Positions 52,724 to 63,832 of a stretch of DNA of 64,000 bases are shown in pieces (position 1 is the stretch's first letter; the number at the start of each line of letters is the position of its first letter). The stretch is from an uncultured Marinoscillum sp. Its GTDB lineage: Bacteria; Bacteroidota; Bacteroidia; Cytophagales; MED-G16. The notes under the pieces are model-generated. The model saw only the letters and a list, made by a program, of their open reading frames with translations, had not been told where the DNA came from and did not search any database. The position numbers were made by a program, and so were the translations under genes. The stretch spans positions 62,501-126,500 of the forward strand of contig CAZKLB010000003.1 in assembly GCA_964553685.1 (NCBI GenBank), given 5' to 3'.

Positions 52724-53719
52724 ATGAAAGAAGCAAAAGAAAAATCAAAAGCACTCGGTCTAGCAATTGAAAAACTTGAAAAGACCTATGGTCAAGGAAC
52801 CATTATGAAATTGAGTGATGAAAATATTGTTAAAATACCTAGTATACCAACCGGATCTCTGAGTCTGGACATAGCTTTAGGAATCGGTGGACTACCACAG
52901 GGAAGAGTTGTTGAAATATATGGGCCAGAATCATCTGGTAAAACTACATTATCAATGCATTGTATCGCAGAAGCACAAAAAAAAGGTGGTATAGCTGCAT
53001 TTATAGATGCAGAACACGCATTCGATAAAACATATGCTGAGAAACTCGGTATAGACACAGAGAATTTACTTATATCTCAACCTGATAATGGAGAACAAGC
53101 ACTTGAAATCACAGAACAATTGATACGATCAAATGCAATAGATATTATTGTAATTGACTCTGTTGCAGCTTTAGTTCCAAAAGGAGAAATAGAAGGAGAA
53201 ATGGGTGATAGCATGATGGGTTTACAAGCAAGGTTGATGTCACAAGCCCTAAGAAAACTTACTGGAGCAATCCATAAATCAGGCTGCGTATGCATTTTTA
53301 TAAATCAGCTGAGACAAAAAATTGGAGTAATGTTTGGAAACCCTGAGACAACTACTGGAGGTAATGCATTAAAATTTTATTCATCAGTGCGACTAGATAT
53401 AAGAAGAATAGGGCAAATTAAGGATAGTCCTGATAGCATCATGGGTAATAGAACCAAAGTAAAAGTTGTTAAAAATAAGGTTGCACCACCATTTAAAGTT
53501 GTTGAGTTTGACATTATGTATGGGAAAGGCATATCCAAATCTGGTGAAATTTTAGACCTAGGAGTTGAGTTAGAAATTATTCAAAAGTCAGGATCCTGGT
53601 TTTCGTATAATGGAGAAAAACTTGGTCAAGGAAGAGATTCGGTTAAACTGATTTTAGAGGACAACCCTGAACTTATGGGTAAACTTGAAGAATTGATTAA
53701 AGAGAAACTTTCTAGTTAG
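52724..53719 (+). CDS. recA: recombinase RecA
   Basis: [10 protein letters not shown] Walker [16 protein letters not shown] and [28 protein letters not shown] motifs. Confidence 0.98.
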   Translation: MKEAKEKSKALGLAIEKLEKTYGQGTIMKLSDENIVKIPSIPTGSLSLDIALGIGGLPQGRVVEIYGPESSGKTTLSMHCIAEAQKKGGIAAFIDAEHAFDKTYAEKLGIDTENLLISQPDNGEQALEITEQLIRSNAIDIIVIDSVAALVPKGEIEGEMGDSMMGLQARLMSQALRKLTGAIHKSGCVCIFINQLRQKIGVMFGNPETTTGGNALKFYSSVRLDIRRIGQIKDSPDSIMGNRTKVKVVKNKVAPPFKVVEFDIMYGKGISKSGEILDLGVELEIIQKSGSWFSYNGEKLGQGRDSVKLILEDNPELMGKLEELIKEKLSS

Positions 53720-54971
53720 ATCTTATTGCTTCTACTGGATCAAGATTTGATGCAAATAATGCAGGAAAAAATCCGGCAAATACTCCTATTATACTTGAAA
53801 TAGAAATACCAAGCATAACATTTTTAAAAGAGATAACCAAGTCAAAAGATCCTAAGTCAGGAATAGTAAGAAGGAAAACAAAAAATATACCAAATAATCC
53901 TCCGAAAATACTTAAGAATGAAGATTCAAATAGAAATTGCATCAAAATAAAATATTTTTTAGCACCAAGAGATTTTTGAAGACCTATTATTGGGACTCTT
54001 TCTTTAACAGAAACAAACATGATATTTGCAATTCCAAAACCTCCAACTAAAATAGAAAAGCTACCAATTACCCAGCCAGCTATTGTAATTGTACCAAATA
54101 TAGTACTTACAAGAGAGGTAAGGTATTCTGGTCTATTTATTGCAAAATCATCCTCTTGAATGGGCTTTAGTCCTCTTTTGGCTCTTAGTAATCCTTTCAA
54201 TTCGTACTCTAAATTATTGAGTCCCGGATCAATATCTGAATTACCTTTAACTAAAATTGATGCTCCATTACCCTTTTTGCCAACTTTAAATATTTTTCTA
54301 AAACTATTATAAGGAATTGATATCCGCCTATCAAAAGAATCGCCAGCTCCAAAAGACTCTCCTTGTTCTTTTTGGACACCAATTACTGTAAAAGATTTCC
54401 CTTTAATTTTTATTTGTTTACCAATAGCGTTTTCAGAAGATGAAAATAAATCATCCATAACTTTATATCCTATTATTACAGCATTTGAACCAATTAAATC
54501 TTCTGTTTCAGTAAAAAATCTTCCCGATTCAAACTCCCAGTCTGTAAAAAATTTATTTTCATATACAACGCCATCCAAGCCTTCAACATTAGAACTATTA
54601 TTTAAATATTTAATTTTTATTCCATCACGACTAGTTATTATCTGAACAGCTTCAGCTCCGCTCATGTTATCTTTTAAAAATTCATACTCCCTGTAAGTAG
54701 GTTCAGGTCTTTTCCAATACTTCCACCACTCATATCCAGGATTCGTAAAATCCCATGGCCATTTTTCAACTCGAAGTTGATCTGTCCCTAAGAAACTTAG
54801 ATTATCCTTAATACTTCTTTCAAGTGAATCTACTGTTGATAAAACTGCAATTATTGTAAATATACCAATAGTTACTCCAAGTAGAGAAAGGAATGTTCTC
54901 ACCGGATTAGCAATTAATGCCTTGAATGAGAAGATGAAACTTTCTTTCAAAAGCCTTAAAAATAATTTCAT
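53712..54971 (-). CDS. ABC transporter permease, FtsX/MacB-type
   Basis: N-terminal TM helix, a large periplasmic MacB-like domain, and a C-terminal FtsX 3-TM bundle ending DPVEAIRSN. Confidence 0.8.
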   Translation of the reverse strand: MKLFLRLLKESFIFSFKALIANPVRTFLSLLGVTIGIFTIIAVLSTVDSLERSIKDNLSFLGTDQLRVEKWPWDFTNPGYEWWKYWKRPEPTYREYEFLKDNMSGAEAVQIITSRDGIKIKYLNNSSNVEGLDGVVYENKFFTDWEFESGRFFTETEDLIGSNAVIIGYKVMDDLFSSSENAIGKQIKIKGKSFTVIGVQKEQGESFGAGDSFDRRISIPYNSFRKIFKVGKKGNGASILVKGNSDIDPGLNNLEYELKGLLRAKRGLKPIQEDDFAINRPEYLTSLVSTIFGTITIAGWVIGSFSILVGGFGIANIMFVSVKERVPIIGLQKSLGAKKYFILMQFLFESSFLSIFGGLFGIFFVFLLTIPDLGSFDLVISFKNVMLGISISSIIGVFAGFFPALFASNLDPVEAIRSN

Positions 54972-54999
54972 AAATTAAAGGTATGTTAAAACAATTAAT

Positions 55000-55007
55000 T
55001 AGCTTTG
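55000..55007 (+). promoter_or_regulatory. candidate -7 box TAGCTTTG for queA
   Basis: Exact TAnnTTTG match, 39 nt before ATG 55047. Confidence 0.4.
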
Positions 55008-55014
55008 CAAACCC

Positions 55015-55022
55015 CAAAACTA
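55015..55022 (-). promoter_or_regulatory. candidate -7 box TAGTTTTG for the FtsX-type permease gene
   Basis: The plus strand reads CAAAACTA, 43 nt upstream of ATG 54971 on the minus strand. Confidence 0.4.
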
Positions 55023-55046
55023 CGCTAATTTTACTAAATATATAAT

Positions 55047-56093
55047 ATGAAGCTTTCTCAATTCGATTTTAAACTTGCATCCACAAGAACTGCAGTTCAC
55101 CCAGCAGATAATAGAGACGAGTCAAGACTAATGATTATCCACAAGAAAACAGGAAAAATTGAGCATAAGCAATTTAAAGACATCATAAAATATTTTAATG
55201 AAGACGATGTTCTAGTCTTAAATGATACTAGAGTTTTTCCTGCCAGATTATATGGCCAAAAGGAAAAAACAGGGGCTAAGATTGAAGTTTTTCTATTGAG
55301 AGAGCTGAATCCAGAACTTAACTTATGGGATGTTTTGGTTGATCCAGCAAGAAAGATAAGAGTCGGCAATAAACTCTATTTTGGAGATGGAGAACTAGTT
55401 GCGGAGGTTATTGATAACACTACCTCTAGAGGAAGAACCATACGATTTATTCCTGAGGATAGTGAAAAGGATTTTCATGATATCATACAGGAATACGGAG
55501 AAACACCTCTTCCAAAAGAAATAAAAAGAAAAGTTGATAAAAAAGATGAGGAAAGATTCCAAACAGTTTATGCTAAAAATATAGGTGCAGTTGCAGCGCC
55601 GGCAGCTGGCCTTCATTTCACTGAAATTCTACTTAAAAAACTTGAGCTGAAAGGTGTAAAAATTGTTTACGTAACTTCTCACACAGGACTCGGTACTTTC
55701 AAAGATATAGATGTTGAGGATCTTACGAAACATAAAATGGATTCTGAAAATTATTCTATACCAGAAGAAACTGCCACAGTAGTGAATAAAGCCCTTGATA
55801 ACAATAAGAAGGTTTTTGCAGTTGGCACATCTAGTATGAAGACATTAGAAACAGCAGTAAGTGCAAGTAACCGGTTAAAATCCAAATCAGGATGGACTGA
55901 TAAGTTTATTTTTCCACCATATGATTTTAAGATATGCAGTGCTATGATAACAAATCTTCATTCACCTAAATCAACACTTTTAATGATGGCATCAGCTTTT
56001 GGAGGATTTGATTTAGTAATGAAATCTTATAAAGTAGCCATAAAGGAAAAATATATGTTCCATACTTATGGCGATGCAATATTGATTATTTAA
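55047..56093 (+). CDS. queA: S-adenosylmethionine:tRNA ribosyltransferase-isomerase
   Basis: MKLSQFDF.L......HPA..RDESRLM N-terminus, [10 protein letters not shown] and GTTS-like [10 protein letters not shown] motifs. Confidence 0.95.
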   Translation: MKLSQFDFKLASTRTAVHPADNRDESRLMIIHKKTGKIEHKQFKDIIKYFNEDDVLVLNDTRVFPARLYGQKEKTGAKIEVFLLRELNPELNLWDVLVDPARKIRVGNKLYFGDGELVAEVIDNTTSRGRTIRFIPEDSEKDFHDIIQEYGETPLPKEIKRKVDKKDEERFQTVYAKNIGAVAAPAAGLHFTEILLKKLELKGVKIVYVTSHTGLGTFKDIDVEDLTKHKMDSENYSIPEETATVVNKALDNNKKVFAVGTSSMKTLETAVSASNRLKSKSGWTDKFIFPPYDFKICSAMITNLHSPKSTLLMMASAFGGFDLVMKSYKVAIKEKYMFHTYGDAILII

Positions 56094-56098
56094 TTTAA

Positions 56099-56746
56099 AT
56101 GACTCAATACATTATTCTAATGGGGGCTGGCTCTGGTGAGAGAATGGGTGATATTACACCTAAACAATTCCTTGAAATAAATGGGCTTCCTTTAATTATT
56201 CATACATATAATAAAGTTAAAATTATAAAAAACACAAATGTGATAATTGTCTTACCACTGAAAAAGTTTTCACACTGGAAAAGTATTATTAAGGAATATA
56301 TTCATGAAGATGTGAAAATTATTAGTGGTGGTAGTACTAGAAAACAGTCAGTAACCAACGGCATTGAATCAATCAGAAATAAGAATGGTTATGTTGCTAT
56401 CCATGATGGAGTAAGGCCCCTGGCCAGTTCCAATCTATTTGAAAAACTATTCTTGTCAGCTAAAAAATATGGGAATGCTGTCCCTTTTGTAAAATCAATT
56501 AACTCTTTAAGAGAAATTGACGGAAAAAAAAATAAGGCAGTTGATAGATCAAAGATCGTTCAGATTCAAACTCCACAGATCTTTAGGATAAATGAAATTA
56601 TTGAATGTCTTGATAAATCAAAAGAAGAAACTTTCACAGACGAAGCTTCTTTATTAGAAAGATTTGGATTCAAAATTAATTTAGTTGAAGGAGAAGATGA
56701 AAATATTAAGGTTACAACAAAAAAAGACTTGGGCTACATCTTATGA
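56099..56746 (+). CDS. ispD: 2-C-methyl-D-erythritol 4-phosphate cytidylyltransferase
   Basis: ILMGAGSGERMG, GGSTRKQSV, IHDGVRP and QTPQIF motifs. Confidence 0.9.
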   Translation: MTQYIILMGAGSGERMGDITPKQFLEINGLPLIIHTYNKVKIIKNTNVIIVLPLKKFSHWKSIIKEYIHEDVKIISGGSTRKQSVTNGIESIRNKNGYVAIHDGVRPLASSNLFEKLFLSAKKYGNAVPFVKSINSLREIDGKKNKAVDRSKIVQIQTPQIFRINEIIECLDKSKEETFTDEASLLERFGFKINLVEGEDENIKVTTKKDLGYIL

Positions 56747-56968
56747 TTAATATTCATCCTCATTAAAGAAAAAATCATCCTTTGTTGGATAATCCGGCCA
56801 AATTTCTTCAATACTTTCATATGGTGCACCATCGTCCTCAAGTTCTTGTAAATTTTCAGTTACTTCAGCAGGAGCTCCAGTTCTGATTGAAAATTCTATC
56901 AACTCATCTTTCGTAGCAGGCCAAGGAGCGTCTTCAAGGTGGTTTACTAATTCTAAGGTCCAGTACAT
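56747..56968 (-). CDS. DUF2795 domain protein
   Basis: LEDAPWPATKDELIEFSIRTGAPAEVTENLQEL fits the DUF2795 pattern, and the protein is small and acidic. Confidence 0.75.
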   Translation of the reverse strand: MYWTLELVNHLEDAPWPATKDELIEFSIRTGAPAEVTENLQELEDDGAPYESIEEIWPDYPTKDDFFFNEDEY

Positions 56969-57097
56969 CTTAACAATTTATTTAATCGCAAAAGAAAATT
57001 TTATCTTGAATAAAACAAATAAATTATCATATTTTTTTTAAATAAATTTTTACTTTACTATTAAAGTAAATATAATTTGATAAATTTTTTTTAGCAT

Positions 57098-58150
57098 ATG
57101 ATAATAATAAGATTTTTAATGTTTTCTTTCATAACATCTTCATTTGGATACTTTAATGAACCTAAAGAAAATATTAAATTAATAGCTGTTGGAGATATGA
57201 TGATAGGGACAAATTTTCCATCAGAAAAATATTTACCTCAAGACAATGGAGAGAAAATTTTTGAAAATGTTAAAAGTTTTATAAAGAATGCGGACATTGC
57301 TTTCGGTAATCTTGAAGGAACCATATTATCTGGTGAAGGTGAAGTTAAAAAGTGCTCTGATATCAAAAAATGTTATGCATTTAAGAGTCCTGATAGTTAT
57401 GCTGATATTTATAAAGACACTGGTTTTGATATTTTAAGTTTAGCAAATAATCATATAAATGATTTTGGAGAAATTGGAAGAAAAAATACAGAATATTTAC
57501 TCGAAAAAAATAATATAAATTATTCAGGAACCACTGAAACACCGTACTCAACATTTTATAAGAATAATACTAAGTTCGGTTTTGTTTCTTTTTCACCAAA
57601 TAAAGGGACTGTTCAAATTAATAACTACAACGAGGCTAGAAGAATAATTAAACTTTTAAACGAGAGTTGTGATATAGTTATAGTATCATTTCATGGTGGT
57701 GGAGAAGGAATTGCGTATAACAGAGTAACTAGAGAAAGAGAATATTTTTTAGGTGAGGATAGAGGGAATCCTTATGAATTTTCTAGAATGGCTATCGATG
57801 CTGGCGCTGATATAGTTTTAGGACACGGCCCGCATGTACTAAGAGCAATTGATCTATATAAAGATAAATTTATAGCTTACAGCCTAGGAAACTTTGCAAC
57901 GTACGCAAGGTTTAATTTAAGAGGTATTCGAGGCCTTTCGCCACTACTTGAAATTGAAATTGATAGCGATGGAAAATTTTTAGGAGGAAAAATTATTTCT
58001 GCAAAACAAACTGGACTTGGTATTCCTGTAATTGATGATACTCACGAGGCTGCTAAAGAAATTGCAAGATTAACTAAAATTGATTTTCCTGAATCAAAAT
58101 TAAAAATTGATTTTGAGGGAAATATATCGATAAATCCTGATTCCTTATAA
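57098..58150 (+). CDS. CapA family (PGA_cap metallophosphatase-like) protein
   Basis: VGDMM..., FGNLEG, LANNHINDFG, SFHGGGEG and GHGPHVLR motifs. Confidence 0.8.
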   Translation: MIIIRFLMFSFITSSFGYFNEPKENIKLIAVGDMMIGTNFPSEKYLPQDNGEKIFENVKSFIKNADIAFGNLEGTILSGEGEVKKCSDIKKCYAFKSPDSYADIYKDTGFDILSLANNHINDFGEIGRKNTEYLLEKNNINYSGTTETPYSTFYKNNTKFGFVSFSPNKGTVQINNYNEARRIIKLLNESCDIVIVSFHGGGEGIAYNRVTREREYFLGEDRGNPYEFSRMAIDAGADIVLGHGPHVLRAIDLYKDKFIAYSLGNFATYARFNLRGIRGLSPLLEIEIDSDGKFLGGKIISAKQTGLGIPVIDDTHEAAKEIARLTKIDFPESKLKIDFEGNISINPDSL

Positions 58151-58171
58151 ATCATAAATTTTCAAACTTTA

Positions 58172-58202
58172 TTTGAGTATGTAAAATAAAAATATAGATT
58201 TG
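58172..58202 (+). promoter_or_regulatory. candidate promoter of rpsT (-33 TTTG, 19-nt spacer, -7 TAGATTTG)
   Basis: TTTG at 58172-58175 and TAGATTTG at 58195-58202, with the ATG at 58220. Confidence 0.5.
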
Positions 58203-58219
58203 CAGACTAAATTAATATT

Positions 58220-58474
58220 ATGGCTAATCATAAATCCGCGATAAAAAGAATAAGATCAAGTGAAACTAAAAAACTTAGAAATAAGTACCAGCATAAATCA
58301 ACTCGATCAGCAATTAAGAAACTTGAGGGAGAAACAAAAAAGGCACCGGCAAACAAAAGTCTACCTAAAACAGTTTCTATGATTGATAAGCTTGTCAAAA
58401 ACAATATTATTCATAAGAATAAGGCTGCCAATATTAAATCTAAATTAGTCAAAAAGGTTAATTCCCTTAAGTAA
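58220..58474 (+). CDS. rpsT: 30S ribosomal protein S20
   Basis: MANHKSAIKRIR N-terminus in a small basic protein. Confidence 0.93.
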   Translation: MANHKSAIKRIRSSETKKLRNKYQHKSTRSAIKKLEGETKKAPANKSLPKTVSMIDKLVKNNIIHKNKAANIKSKLVKKVNSLK

Positions 58475-58483
58475 ATACCTTCA

Positions 58484-59080
58484 ATGAGAGGTATATTTCC
58501 TATAATTTTCATATCAATAGTTGCCTCTATTCTTTATTATTTATACAATTCAAGTGAAGAGTATGCTAAATACTCAGAAGTCCTTAATGAATATAGAAAA
58601 GAAAGAAATGATTTCTTGATTAAATCATCAAAATCTCCATTGAAAGACACAAACTACAAATTAGAATACTATGAACCTAATGTAAACTTTCGTGTAATTG
58701 CAAGGGTTACAAAAAATGAAAAGAAGGATACGATTATAATGGCTACCTCAACAGGAGAGATAGAGAGGTTTCTTGATTTTGCACTTCTTGATTTTAAACT
58801 TGGTAAATCAGAATATTCAATGCCAGTCTATAAATATCTCGAGGGAAATAATATGGGTGACTTATTTTTTTGTTTTTTGGATAAAACAAATGATAATTCA
58901 ACCTATGCAGGAGGAAGATATATTGATATTGAATTTGAAAATGCAAAAAGAATAGAATTAGACTTCAATAAATCATATAACCCCTTTTGTGTTTACAATG
59001 AAAAATATAGTTGTCCAATACCAACTCAAAAGAATTATATTGATTTTGAAATTAAAGCAGGAGAAAAAATATCAAAATAA
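58484..59080 (+). CDS. DUF1684 domain protein
   Basis: YAGGRYIDIEF...LDFNKSYNPFCVYNEKYSCPIPTQKNYIDFEIKAGEK is the conserved DUF1684 C-terminal signature. Confidence 0.8.
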   Translation: MRGIFPIIFISIVASILYYLYNSSEEYAKYSEVLNEYRKERNDFLIKSSKSPLKDTNYKLEYYEPNVNFRVIARVTKNEKKDTIIMATSTGEIERFLDFALLDFKLGKSEYSMPVYKYLEGNNMGDLFFCFLDKTNDNSTYAGGRYIDIEFENAKRIELDFNKSYNPFCVYNEKYSCPIPTQKNYIDFEIKAGEKISK

Positions 59081-59142
59081 TATTCATCTTACCGTTAATG
59101 CATTACTATTTTAACTAATTTTATTAATTAACTTTATAAGTA

Positions 59143-61551
59143 ATGAAAATCTCTCTTAACTGGCTCAAAACCTTTATAAATATATCAAAATCCGCCAAAG
59201 AAATTGAAGAGATTCTTACTGAGATAGGATTAGAAGTAGATGAAACCTTAGAAATCAAACCAGATAAGAATTTAATTTCTAAACTAATTGTTGGACAGAT
59301 AAAAGACATATCAAAACATAATAATGCAGACAGACTAAGTGTAACAAAAGTAGATATTGGAAAAGAAAAGCTAAATATAATTTGTGGAGCTCAAAATATA
59401 AAGAAAGATCAAAAAGTTGTTGTAGCAACGAATGGAAAAAAATTAAAGAATATTTCAAATGAAGTTATAGAAATAAAAAAAACTACAATTAGAGGAATTG
59501 AGTCGAATGGGATGATATGTGCAGAGGATGAGATAGGTATAGGAATTAACCACTCAGGTGTTATAGTGCTTGATAAATCCGCAAAAATTGGGGAAAGTGT
59601 TCAAAAGTATTTAGAAATATATAACGACACAATTTATGACATTTCTCTTACACCAAACAGAGCAGACGCCATGTCACACCTTGGAGTCGCTAGAGATCTT
59701 AAAGCCGTACTTAATTTAAAATTAAATCTACCTGATATTTCTAAATTTCAGTTTAAGATAAAACATGATATAAAGATCGAGATAAAAAATAAAAATGCCT
59801 GCCCAAGATACTCAGGCTGTGTAATTGATAATATTAAAGTTGGAGAGTCACCCTTAGAAATTAAAAATTATTTATCATCAATAGGAGTAAAATCTATAAA
59901 TAATGTCGTAGACATAACTAATTACGTTCTTCATAGCATTGGTCAACCCCTTCATGCATTCGATTTTAATAAAATAAAACAAAAAAAGATTATTGTTAAA
60001 TATGCTGAAAAAAATGAAAAGTTTATAAGTCTTGATGGAATTGAAAGATCACTACATAAAAATGATTTGATGATATGTGATGGTAATAAAAAACCTATGT
60101 GCATTGCAGGAGTATTTGGCGGTGAAGAATCTGGAGTATCGGAAAATACTTCAACAATTTTTTTAGAAAGCGCGTATTTCAACCCATCAGATGTTCGAAA
60201 ATCAAGTCAAAACCATCAACTAAAAACTGATGCTTCATATCGTTTTGAGAGAGGTATAGACCCCAATATTACAATTTATGCTCTTAAGTATGCTTCAATG
60301 ATGTTATGCAAATATTGTGGTGGTACAGTATCTTCAGATATCCAGGATTTATATCCAAATAAAATTGAGGATAGAGAAATAAAATTTTCATTAGATAGAA
60401 TCAATAAACTAATTGGTAAAAAAATTGAAGAAAAAAGGATTATTAATATTTTAGAATCTCTCGATATAAATGTTTCTAAAAATGGTGAAAAATATTCTGC
60501 AATTGTACCTCCATATAGGGTTGACGTTACTAGAGAAGCAGATTTAGTTGAAGAAATTTTAAGAATTTTTGGTTATAATAATATTGATATTTCAAACAGT
60601 AATAAAAGTAAATTTTTATCAGATGAAAGACAGGGTTCAAGAGAGTATAATATTTTGATGAAGGTAATGAATATGCTTGTCAGCAATGGATATTATGAGA
60701 TAACAACAAACTCCTTAACATCTAATAGATATTCTAAAGATAAATTCTGGGATGACTCATCAACTATTGAAATGATAAATAAACTAAGCGATGAGCATGC
60801 TATTTTGAAACAAGATCTTCTTTTTACTGGTCTAGAATCAATAAGACATAATATAAATAGAAAACAAAAAAACCTTAAGCTATTTGAGTTTGATAAAATC
60901 TATAAAAAAGAAAATAAAACCTATATAGAAAAAAATAAAGTTGGAATTTACCTTACGGGATCTCTTTATGAAGAACACTATTCAAGAAAGGAATCTAAAA
61001 TCTACTTTGAAGATATGATAAATCTTGTGAACAGATTTTTTATTATGGCAAATATTAATAGTTATGAAACTGTTGAGTCTATTTCAAATACACTCCAGAA
61101 TTGTATTGTAATTAAAAGTAAAAACAAAAATTTATGTAAAATAGGATCTGTAAAGGAAAATCTGTTATCAAAATTTGATATTCAACAAGAGGTAATATTT
61201 GCAGAGATTAATTGGGACAACTACTTATATTTTTTTAATGAAAAATTTACTTATAAAAATGTGCCTAAGTTTCCTGAAGTTAAGAGAGATCTATCCTTAA
61301 TATTATCTGATGAGATTAAATTTTCTGAAGTAATGGATATTATTGAGAAATCAAATAAAAAAATAATTAAAAATGTAAGCCTTTATGATATTTATAGTGG
61401 TGAAAATATAGGAAAAGATAAGGTAACGTATTCTATTCGATTCATTTTACAAGATGACAGAACAACATTGGATGATAAAACTATCAATAATACAATGGAT
61501 TTATTGATAAGTTTATTTGAGAAAAAATTAAATGCTATAATTAGAAAGTAA
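59143..61551 (+). CDS. pheT: phenylalanine--tRNA ligase beta subunit
   Basis: MKISLNWLK N-terminus, tRNA-binding domain, B3/4 and B5 regions, and an FDX-ACB C-terminal domain. Confidence 0.95.
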   Translation: MKISLNWLKTFINISKSAKEIEEILTEIGLEVDETLEIKPDKNLISKLIVGQIKDISKHNNADRLSVTKVDIGKEKLNIICGAQNIKKDQKVVVATNGKKLKNISNEVIEIKKTTIRGIESNGMICAEDEIGIGINHSGVIVLDKSAKIGESVQKYLEIYNDTIYDISLTPNRADAMSHLGVARDLKAVLNLKLNLPDISKFQFKIKHDIKIEIKNKNACPRYSGCVIDNIKVGESPLEIKNYLSSIGVKSINNVVDITNYVLHSIGQPLHAFDFNKIKQKKIIVKYAEKNEKFISLDGIERSLHKNDLMICDGNKKPMCIAGVFGGEESGVSENTSTIFLESAYFNPSDVRKSSQNHQLKTDASYRFERGIDPNITIYALKYASMMLCKYCGGTVSSDIQDLYPNKIEDREIKFSLDRINKLIGKKIEEKRIINILESLDINVSKNGEKYSAIVPPYRVDVTREADLVEEILRIFGYNNIDISNSNKSKFLSDERQGSREYNILMKVMNMLVSNGYYEITTNSLTSNRYSKDKFWDDSSTIEMINKLSDEHAILKQDLLFTGLESIRHNINRKQKNLKLFEFDKIYKKENKTYIEKNKVGIYLTGSLYEEHYSRKESKIYFEDMINLVNRFFIMANINSYETVESISNTLQNCIVIKSKNKNLCKIGSVKENLLSKFDIQQEVIFAEINWDNYLYFFNEKFTYKNVPKFPEVKRDLSLILSDEIKFSEVMDIIEKSNKKIIKNVSLYDIYSGENIGKDKVTYSIRFILQDDRTTLDDKTINNTMDLLISLFEKKLNAIIRK

Positions 61552-61552
61552 A

Positions 61553-61819
61553 ATGTCTAAAGGTTTAGGTAAAAAAATTATAGATCTTGAAAATAAATTT
61601 TCCTTATTGATCAAAAGATATAATAATATAGTATTATTAAATGAGGAGTTAAAAAAGAAAATAGAAGAAAAAGACATCGAGCTAGTCATTAAAAATTTTC
61701 AAATTAAAAATAATATTTCAAGCTCTGATATAAACCTTAAAACACCTCTTGAATTTGAAAATGAAATTGATGATGCGATAAATGAATTAGATGACCTTAT
61801 CAAAAACTTAAAAGAATAA
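61553..61819 (+). CDS. small coiled-coil protein of unknown function (ZapB-like position upstream of zapA)
   Basis: 88 aa with heptad-rich composition, tightly packed between pheT and zapA. Confidence 0.5.
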   Translation: MSKGLGKKIIDLENKFSLLIKRYNNIVLLNEELKKKIEEKDIELVIKNFQIKNNISSSDINLKTPLEFENEIDDAINELDDLIKNLKE

Positions 61820-61821
61820 TA

Positions 61822-62106
61822 TTGGAAAATTTATCTATTAAACTTGTAATTGGCAACAGATCGTACCCTATGAAAGTCCCAATGGAAGATGAACAGAAGA
61901 TAAGGAAAATAGGTAAAAAATTAAATAATAAAATAACTGAAATAAGGACTCAAATGAATATAGATGATCTTCAAGATATCTTAGCAATGATAGCTTTTAA
62001 ATTAGCGGTAGAGATTGAAGATAAAAAAAATATAAAAAGTGAAAGTGATGATGCTGTTGATAAAATTGAAAATATTATTAGAGAAATTAATAAAAAAATA
62101 AAATAG
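61822..62106 (+). CDS. zapA: cell division protein ZapA
   Basis: LSIKLVIGNRSYPMKVPMEDEQKIRKIGKKLN fits the ZapA N-terminal pattern. This requires the TTG start at 61822, 2 nt after the upstream stop. Confidence 0.75.
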   Translation: MENLSIKLVIGNRSYPMKVPMEDEQKIRKIGKKLNNKITEIRTQMNIDDLQDILAMIAFKLAVEIEDKKNIKSESDDAVDKIENIIREINKKIK

Positions 62107-62108
62107 AA

Positions 62109-63806
62109 TTATTCAGGAGTATCTTCGTTAGGCCATTCTTTTTTGAAATTTACCCAATAATCTTTAACCGTAGTTTTAACTTCTTTCCTCAGCCACAATA
62201 ATCCTATAAGATTTGGAATAGTCATTAATGCTATAGTTATTAAAGAAACATTCCAAATTACAGTTGTATCAGCGAATGAGGCAATGAAAAATCCAATTAC
62301 GTAAACTATTCTATAATAAACGACAGATCCAGCACCAAATAGATATGTCATCGCTCTATCACCATAATAAGACCATGCAATAGCAGTGCTGAAAGCAAAT
62401 AATAAAAGACCAATACTCACAATATAATTTCCATAATTTCCAAAAAAGCCCCTATCAAAAGCAATTTGAGTTAATGGAGCACTATGGACAAGTGACTTAC
62501 CTTCAACTGATACATTATTTTGTATTTTACCATCAATCACATTAAGAAATCCAGAAAAATATTCTCTTTTATCATCGTAAATAACAATATCCTCAGCAAT
62601 CGATCTAGCATGTAAAAGGGATACATTTTCTTCAATCTTACCTTCTTTAACAGTAAGAGTTCCATTTAACTTATTTATAACTTGAATTTTATTTAAATGA
62701 TTATAAAGTATTTGTACGTCTTCTTCAATTTCTTCATTATAAACTCTATCCAAGACTTCAAGGTCAGCAAATGCAAATTTATTATGATGTTTTTCATTCC
62801 AAACTCCAGAAGAGAGAAGAACAAGACCTGTAATAGTACAGATAATTATAGTATCTATGAAAGGCTCTAAAATAGCAACTAAGCCTTCGGAAACAGGCTC
62901 ATTAGTCTTAGCAGAAGCATGTGCAATTGGTGCAGAACCCTGGCCTGCTTCATTAGAATAAAGACCTCTATTTACTCCCCTATTAATGGCATAAGAGAAG
63001 GATGCACCAAGGAAACCACCAACAGCAGAACTACCTGAAAATATTTGAGAAAATATTGATATAAATGAAGGAATAATATTCTCAAAATTATAAATGATAA
63101 CAGAAAATGCACCAATTACATAAACTAATGCCATAAAAGGAACTAATTTCTCAGTTATTTTTGCAATCCTCTTAATACCTCCAATTATAACAATACCTAA
63201 TAAAATTGCCAATACACCTCCAGTCAACATTTTATCTATTCCAAAAGATGAATAAATAGAATTAGATATACTATTTATTTGAGGCAAACTACCTGTACCA
63301 AATGATGATAAAACAGTTGCAAAAGCAAACAGAATTCCGACCCACTTTAAATTGACTTTATTACCTAATAGCCTAAAATCAGCATTTTTCATAAAATACA
63401 TAGGTCCACCTGACATTGATCCGTCAGATATTTTCTCACGGTATTTATGAGATAAAGTAACCTCAACAAATTTTGTAGTCATACCAACCATAGCAGTCAT
63501 TAACATCCAAAATAATGCTGCAGGTCCTCCTAAATGAATAGCCAAAGCTACTCCTGCTATATTTCCAGTTCCTACGGTTCCTGAAAGAGCAGTAGTTAAA
63601 GCCTGAAAATGAGAAGTATCCCCTTGATCACTTTTCTTATCAAATTTTCCTCTAACAACTTTTAAAGCAAACCCAAAGTATCTCACTTGAGGAAATCTCA
63701 AATAAATCGTAAAGAAAATACCTGTTCCTAGTAGAAGTGGCACAAAATAACCTGCACTTCCGAGAAATTGATCAATATATATTAAGAACTCATTGAATTC
63801 CTGCAT
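62109..63806 (-). CDS. alanine/glycine:cation symporter (AGCS) family transporter with an internal insertion of about 105 aa
   Basis: [35 protein letters not shown] signature and [15 protein letters not shown] motif. Confidence 0.9.
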   Translation of the reverse strand: MQEFNEFLIYIDQFLGSAGYFVPLLLGTGIFFTIYLRFPQVRYFGFALKVVRGKFDKKSDQGDTSHFQALTTALSGTVGTGNIAGVALAIHLGGPAALFWMLMTAMVGMTTKFVEVTLSHKYREKISDGSMSGGPMYFMKNADFRLLGNKVNLKWVGILFAFATVLSSFGTGSLPQINSISNSIYSSFGIDKMLTGGVLAILLGIVIIGGIKRIAKITEKLVPFMALVYVIGAFSVIIYNFENIIPSFISIFSQIFSGSSAVGGFLGASFSYAINRGVNRGLYSNEAGQGSAPIAHASAKTNEPVSEGLVAILEPFIDTIIICTITGLVLLSSGVWNEKHHNKFAFADLEVLDRVYNEEIEEDVQILYNHLNKIQVINKLNGTLTVKEGKIEENVSLLHARSIAEDIVIYDDKREYFSGFLNVIDGKIQNNVSVEGKSLVHSAPLTQIAFDRGFFGNYGNYIVSIGLLLFAFSTAIAWSYYGDRAMTYLFGAGSVVYYRIVYVIGFFIASFADTTVIWNVSLITIALMTIPNLIGLLWLRKEVKTTVKDYWVNFKKEWPNEDTPE

Positions 63807-63832
63807 GAACTAAATTTATTTAAAAGTAGAAA

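Noticed and set aside
52792-53295. Antisense ORFs within recA (52792-53058 and 53077-53295)
   Set aside because: They lie opposite one of the most conserved genes in the window and have no start context or motifs.
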